Shown one piece after another: positions 59,239 through 64,000 of a stretch of DNA of 64,000 nt. Both the position numbers and the translations under genes were made by a program. The DNA comes from a virus (taxonomy: Duplodnaviria > Caudoviricetes). The notes under the pieces were generated by a model that worked only from the letters and a program-made list of their open reading frames with translations, searched no databases and was not told the DNA's origin. Numbering within the stretch: position 1 is the stretch's first letter; the number at the start of each line of letters is the position of its first letter. The stretch is taken from IMG/VR virus record IMGVR_UViG_2724679183_000002, positions 32,001-96,000 of that record; one strand, 5' to 3'.

Positions 59239-59649
59239 ATGAAATCAATTCAAGAAATTATTGCACAAGAGCCAGTATTTTTAAATGATTGGAGCAATAA
59301 AGAGGAAGTTTTATCTGATTTTGATGGTGAACAATGGAATTATTGCAGTGACAAAAAAGTTGACAGAGATGTAAATATCCTCTTCGCATCATACGGGCAT
59401 GCAAATTATAGCGGAAACGCTTGGGTGCTTTTTGAAAAAGACGGAGAGTTATACGAAGTAAATGGGAGTCATTGCTCTTGTTACGGATTAGAAGGTCAAT
59501 ATTCGCCAGAAGTTGTAGTATTGTCCGAATTGGAAAACAGACTTGTAAATGGGACGTTTGGAGAAGATGACTGGTCGGATAATAATTTCAAAAAAGAATT
59601 GTGTCACTTCTTAGATGTTGGATTTAAATTAAACAGAGAAGAATTTTAA
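59239..59649 (+). CDS. Conserved phage protein
   Basis: AGGAGG RBS. YSG.AWVLF..DG.LYEVNGSHCSCYGLE motif. Confidence 0.65.
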   Translation: MKSIQEIIAQEPVFLNDWSNKEEVLSDFDGEQWNYCSDKKVDRDVNILFASYGHANYSGNAWVLFEKDGELYEVNGSHCSCYGLEGQYSPEVVVLSELENRLVNGTFGEDDWSDNNFKKELCHFLDVGFKLNREEF

Positions 59650-59688
59650 ATAAAAGATAGTTTTTAATCAGTTATAGGAGGAAATTGA

Positions 59689-60186
59689 ATGGACATAAAC
59701 ATAAACATTAAACGGTTATCACCAGATGTCGTGATTCCCAAATATGGACACGTCCTCGACGCAGGCTTCGATCTAGTAGCGTCAGAGGATGTAATTATCG
59801 AACCGGGTGAAACGAAGTTAGTTCCGACTGGACTCGCCCTCGATATCCCATATGGATACATTCTCGAAATTAGGCCACACTCAGGAATTACGTTAAAAAC
59901 GAGGTTGCGCGTTCAGCTTGGCATGGTCGATTCCGTCTATAACGGAGAAATCGGTGTAATCGTCGATAATATCTGGCGAGAAGAATGCGGATCAACGCCA
60001 AGATTGTGTATTCTAAATGGAAAGACAGAGTATCTTGACGGTATTTATTATCCGAAATTCACATACCTGATCCGCAAAGGTGATCGTATCGCCCAAGGCG
60101 TAATCAAGCCAATTGAGTATGCTGTGTTTACGGAAGCTGCTGCACTTGGCGATAGCGATCGAGGTACGAGTCAATTTAAAGTCTGA
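59689..60186 (+). CDS. Trimeric dUTPase with degenerate motifs II and V
   Basis: AGFDL, RPHSG, GMVDSVYNGEI, GDRIAQ. C-terminal DRGTSQF instead of RGxxGFGSTG. Confidence 0.8.
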   Translation: MDININIKRLSPDVVIPKYGHVLDAGFDLVASEDVIIEPGETKLVPTGLALDIPYGYILEIRPHSGITLKTRLRVQLGMVDSVYNGEIGVIVDNIWREECGSTPRLCILNGKTEYLDGIYYPKFTYLIRKGDRIAQGVIKPIEYAVFTEAAALGDSDRGTSQFKV

Positions 60187-60468
60187 ATCGACGTTTTTCC
60201 TCAAAGTAATCGGGATACTTATTCTGTTTAGATTTTGATTTGTATACAAAGCAGATTACAGCAGCTAGGATATAGTCCATGACTTTATCAAAAGTCCAAT
60301 TTGCGAACAAATCCAGAAGAAATTTCATTAGATTTCACCTCCGAGACAAAACTGTCCAGTCTCTTTTATATGGCATGCGTATGACATGCCTTCATTAATA
60401 AAGAGTGAAATGTAATATGAAAATCTAAAAAGAATTGAAAAAAACATAAAAAAATAGAGGCGGTATAA

Positions 60469-61251
60469 ATGACTAAAATTAACGAAAAGATTCATGTGCT
60501 AACCGACGAAAGTTTAGGCAGAATCAAACGCGAATATGTAGAGGTCGATAGGAAGGCAGATGTGGGAGATCGAGTTGTTGCAGATGGAGACTATCGGGAG
60601 GTCGTAGCCATTTCTTCGAGGCGTGGCATTTGTTTAGACGGAGATATATGTCTAGGAATTCCCCATTCTTACCGTACTCTTGAACCGACCAGCATTGTCC
60701 ACATTGACGGTGAGCGCTATAAAATGGTCGACCGAAAGGCAAAAGTAGGCGAGAAAGTAATCATTACCGAGAGAGTAGATTTTTATATGGACGACATGAC
60801 TGTTGGAAAAGTATATGAAGTTATAAATATTAGTGGAGAAGAAGATGTTGAGGTAATGGATGACACCGAGGAAAAAGCGACTGCATCGAAGAGCGGTTAT
60901 CTAAGCCTCGTCTCACTGACTAAAGAAAATAAGCACCAAAAACCTAAAGCAAAGACAAGAGGATACAAAGAAGTCAAAAATCTTATACATCATGAATTAA
61001 GTATCACGAGGCAAGATATTCAAGAAATGATTAATGTTGCAGTAATAAATGAAATCAAGAAAATGTCCGAGGCAGGAGAGTTTTATAAAATAGCAAGCTC
61101 AAAAATTGACTCGATTATTAAAGATGGATTCAGTGACAGAGGGAATTTGCTATATGGATTTAAGGAGAGGGTGTCACAAACAATTTCTGATGAGGTAGGA
61201 AAACGTATCGCCAATAATTTAAACATAAATGTGGAATTGAAAAATCAATAA
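60469..61251 (+). CDS. Hypothetical phage protein (repeated VDRKA.VG modules)
   Basis: 260 aa. Confidence 0.65.
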   Translation: MTKINEKIHVLTDESLGRIKREYVEVDRKADVGDRVVADGDYREVVAISSRRGICLDGDICLGIPHSYRTLEPTSIVHIDGERYKMVDRKAKVGEKVIITERVDFYMDDMTVGKVYEVINISGEEDVEVMDDTEEKATASKSGYLSLVSLTKENKHQKPKAKTRGYKEVKNLIHHELSITRQDIQEMINVAVINEIKKMSEAGEFYKIASSKIDSIIKDGFSDRGNLLYGFKERVSQTISDEVGKRIANNLNINVELKNQ

Positions 61252-61264
61252 AATAGTTATTTTA

Positions 61265-61696
61265 TTGAAAGGGGCAATGAAAGTGCCTAATCAAAAGCAA
61301 ATAAAACGCATGAATGATATTAATGACCTGATAAAGCTTATTGCAAGTATAGACAGATGTACTTTCTACTGTAAGTCAAAGGATCGAATAGCGTATTTCA
61401 GATTTAGAACAAAGTTGTTTTTCGTTGATGATTACACAGGGGAAGACGTTTATCCATATGAATTAGGATACGGTCGTGCAAACGGCTTTTCACATGGAGG
61501 GAACATGTGGCAACTGGTCAACAGCTTTAGAAATTTCATCATAACAGGGAAATGCGGCGAGCTGAGGGATTATAAAGAAATATGGGCTTACAGTTATGAA
61601 GGGTGTACGAAAATCCGTCAGAAGGCAAAAGAAATAGGATTTATAGAGACTGTCGATTATCCTTATAGCTTCGATGAATGGATGAAAACTAATTGA
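61265..61696 (+). CDS. Hypothetical phage protein
   Basis: GFSHGG motif. Start uncertain. Confidence 0.6.
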   Translation: MKGAMKVPNQKQIKRMNDINDLIKLIASIDRCTFYCKSKDRIAYFRFRTKLFFVDDYTGEDVYPYELGYGRANGFSHGGNMWQLVNSFRNFIITGKCGELRDYKEIWAYSYEGCTKIRQKAKEIGFIETVDYPYSFDEWMKTN

Positions 61697-61761
61697 TCCA
61701 TGTACAAAATTTTCATTAGATATTTAATGGCTTGGCGCTAAGGAGTTATGTAGCGGAGAGG

Positions 61762-62574
61762 TTAGACTCTCCAGGATTCGAAGGAAGGTATGCGGAGTTT
61801 ACCGTGTTTCGTCTTAAATCTGTGCTTCACATTACATAAGATGGGCTCTATAAATACATAATCGTCAGTTTCAGACCTTAATTGTTTCATAGAATGGAAC
61901 TTACTGCGTTCTGCATTCGGCATGAATTCCATAAATCCAGCTGCAGTTCCATCGGGGTAAGACAGAAGGAATTTTATATCCTTTTTGGTGTAGCCAGTTA
62001 TAAGTACATCTGTGTAATCGTAATTGATTACTTTCAGCCAGTTATGTGAACGCTTATTTATTTCATAAGGGGAGTTAGCTTTCTTTAATACGATTCCTTC
62101 AAGATTCTTTTCTTTGACCAGATTAAAGTAAGCTAATCCGTTTCCGTGTATGCCTTCAATAACAAAAACATTGAGATGGTCAATATTAAGGTCTAGAAGT
62201 ATGTTTTTACGCTCAGTGAGGGGCTTGTGAGAGATTGATTGTCCATCCCTATAGATAACGTCAAAGACACAGTAAACGACCTTGTGAGCCGATTTATTAG
62301 ACATAAAGCGTTCCATTACAGCTTCAAAGTCAGGAGAACCGCCTGGCGCAGCCACAATGATTTCACCATCAAGCACTGTTCCATTAGGAATATCTATATC
62401 TAAGAGCTCTGGGAACTTGCTTGTTACTTCGTTGTTGTGACGAGTGTAAAGCTTAATCTGATTATCAAATTTAGAAAGAATCAAACGGATTCCATCAAAT
62501 TTCAGCTCGGTAATATAACTATCGTCATCAAATGGTTCTTTGATTGAATGCAATAACATTGGCGATACAAACAA
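61762..62574 (-). CDS. ligB: ATP-dependent DNA ligase LigB (YoqV)
   Basis: ELKFDGIR, LDGEI, FDV, EGIVLK, WLKV. Confidence 0.92.
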   Translation of the reverse strand: MFVSPMLLHSIKEPFDDDSYITELKFDGIRLILSKFDNQIKLYTRHNNEVTSKFPELLDIDIPNGTVLDGEIIVAAPGGSPDFEAVMERFMSNKSAHKVVYCVFDVIYRDGQSISHKPLTERKNILLDLNIDHLNVFVIEGIHGNGLAYFNLVKEKNLEGIVLKKANSPYEINKRSHNWLKVINYDYTDVLITGYTKKDIKFLLSYPDGTAAGFMEFMPNAERSKFHSMKQLRSETDDYVFIEPILCNVKHRFKTKHGKLRIPSFESWRV

Positions 62575-62643
62575 AATATCACCTCCTACTTAGAACATAA
62601 TAGCTAAGCGAAGGTGAGATATAAAGCAAAATGACTGTGGTAC

Positions 62644-63318
62644 TTAATGGGATTCTATAAGCTCCGGTGAGTTGTTTTTAGGCGAGTTAACTAAGGATGA
62701 AACTTGATAAGCTTCCATGTCGTTGGGATCGTATGGTAGCAGTAAGCTTTGTAGATAATCAGGATCAGTATTTTTAGGATTTAACCATTCCTTTTCGTTG
62801 TCATGCGTTAAGATAACAGGCATTCGATCATGTATGTCCTTCATAAGCTCATTGGGTTTTGTAGTAATAATTGTGCAGGTGTATAGTGGATTGCCTTCTG
62901 GTGTGTTCCACTTTTCATATAAGCCTGCAAAAGCAAAGAGATTGGATGATTTAAGCTTAATCCGCATGGGAATCTTAGTCTTTGGATCAAGACGTTTCCA
63001 TTCATAAAAACTGTCAGCCGGTATGATACAACGTTTGCTGACAAGCGGCTTTCTGAAGCTGGGTTTCTCGGCCAATGTTTCAGCACGGGCATTAATCATT
63101 TTATAGCCGATCTTTTCATCCTTAGCCCAGGGAGGAATAAGACCCCATCTAAGCTTACCCAGACGGTTGTTTGATCCATCATTAATGATTGTCAGGATAT
63201 TTTGTGAAGGGGCAATGTTATAACTTGGATGGTATTCGTCTTCGGACAAAAATTGATCTATATTAAACTGTTCGATGATGTCATCAAACTCAGAAAATAA
63301 AGTGAACCTGCCACACAT
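62644..63318 (-). CDS. yoqW: SRAP/HMCES abasic-site processing protein (YoqW)
   Basis: MCGRF N-terminus, INARAET, FYEW, IHDRMPVIL. Confidence 0.93.
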   Translation of the reverse strand: MCGRFTLFSEFDDIIEQFNIDQFLSEDEYHPSYNIAPSQNILTIINDGSNNRLGKLRWGLIPPWAKDEKIGYKMINARAETLAEKPSFRKPLVSKRCIIPADSFYEWKRLDPKTKIPMRIKLKSSNLFAFAGLYEKWNTPEGNPLYTCTIITTKPNELMKDIHDRMPVILTHDNEKEWLNPKNTDPDYLQSLLLPYDPNDMEAYQVSSLVNSPKNNSPELIESH

Positions 63319-63388
63319 GTTCATCATCCTTTAGGGTTTTTGAATATTGTACAGGCTTGATACACGAAAATCAAAAAGGAGGAATGTG

Positions 63389-63604
63389 ATGCAGCAAACA
63401 GTTGAGGTTAAAGAAGTTGAAGTGTTGATTAGAGGGATATGGACAAAGAAGAAGTTCACGGATATCCAAAAGGGACAAACCTTTAAGATTGAGGAGAACG
63501 GAAGAGCAAAGAAATACATAGCAAGAACAGATCCTTATTGGGATGAGATGTATGAAACCTACATAATTGATTTATTGGATAAAAATAAAATAAGTATAGG
63601 GTGA
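63389..63604 (+). CDS. YoqX-like protein
   Basis: 71 aa, divergent from yoqW. AGGAGG RBS. Confidence 0.55.
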   Translation: MQQTVEVKEVEVLIRGIWTKKKFTDIQKGQTFKIEENGRAKKYIARTDPYWDEMYETYIIDLLDKNKISIG

Positions 63605-63936
63605 TGTTTCTGAATTTATTGAGAGATGCCCGGATATTAAGAAGAGAACTTCTTCCTGGAGCTTTAGCATTCGTGGGCATGAACTTGTTTGTATACTTTC
63701 TATTCGGTGGTTTAACAGCTACAGACTATCAGATCATGGTAACACGAAGGACAGCAATGGTTATTGTAAGTATTGGAATACCATGTTGTTTTGTTCTAAA
63801 GTACTTGATCGTTTGGAGACCGTTAATCCGAAAGGCAATGGAAGAGTTAAAGGAAGAAGATCAGAATGTACGTATACTCAAGAAATATGAATTTCTAAGA
63901 AGGAAATTTGATAAAACAGAGATTTTATCAGGATAA
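63601..63936 (+). CDS. Two-TM membrane protein
   Basis: 111 aa. Confidence 0.55.
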   Translation: MMFLNLLRDARILRRELLPGALAFVGMNLFVYFLFGGLTATDYQIMVTRRTAMVIVSIGIPCCFVLKYLIVWRPLIRKAMEELKEEDQNVRILKKYEFLRRKFDKTEILSG

Positions 63937-63961
63937 AAATAAAATGAAAAGGGGATTTTTA

Positions 63962-64000
63962 ATGAAGCTTATTGGTATTAAAACAAATAACTGTTTTCTG
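63962..64000 (+). CDS. Start of a further ORF (MKLIGIKTNNCFL...), truncated by the window
   Basis: AAAGGGGA RBS followed by ATG. Confidence 0.5.
   Translation, partial: MKLIGIKTNNCFL

Larger units (their letters stand above)
1..64000. mobile_element. Internal segment of an SPbeta-like (Spbetavirus-type) Bacillus temperate phage/prophage
   Basis: Gene order matches SPbeta yomI...yonO...yonT...aimR/aimP...yopR...ligB. Contains terminase, portal, capsid, YonO RNAP and arbitrium. No host housekeeping genes. Confidence 0.97.

Noticed and set aside
61762-63318. ligB-SRAP pair as a novel repair system
   Set aside because: This is the standard SPbeta yoqV-yoqW arrangement.
2672-63680. Numerous 60-170 aa ORFs antisense to or overlapping real genes
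   Set aside because: Shadow ORFs with no RBS or recognisable motifs.

Overview
The whole window is an internal 64-kb segment of an SPbeta-like temperate phage or prophage of the Bacillus subtilis group. It is AT-rich, with no host genes or att sites visible. The left arm (1-28.6 kb, - strand) is the late cluster: the 5' end of the tape-measure gene, tail, head and packaging genes (yomI-yonK order), a ~1.9-kb non-coding interval, HU (yonN) and the single-subunit RNA polymerase yonO. The right arm (28.7-64 kb, mostly + strand) carries a TubR/TubZ-like pair, the yonT/SR6/yoyJ type I toxin-antitoxin locus, yonV, a UvrD operon and a long run of small accessory genes. It also holds the arbitrium locus (aimR, aimP with GMPRGA), the yopM-yopR (sroA-F/mrpR) operon, two dUTPases, a SEFIR/TIR protein, ligB and an SRAP protein. 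SPbeta gene names come from recalled sequence similarity and synteny, not from a database search. Three unexplained signals stand out. (1) A 16-bp palindrome T(A/G)AAA-N6-TTT(T/C)A marks gene boundaries at least 18 times, brackets accessory genes and abuts the intact tyrosine recombinase YomM, suggesting an integron-like cassette system. (2) A minus-strand cluster of structured RNAs lies between yonN and yonK, headed by a tRNA mimic with an expanded anticodon domain and followed by a ~500-nt ornate RNA. (3) A tubulin-based (type III) partition-like module sits in a phage family known to integrate.
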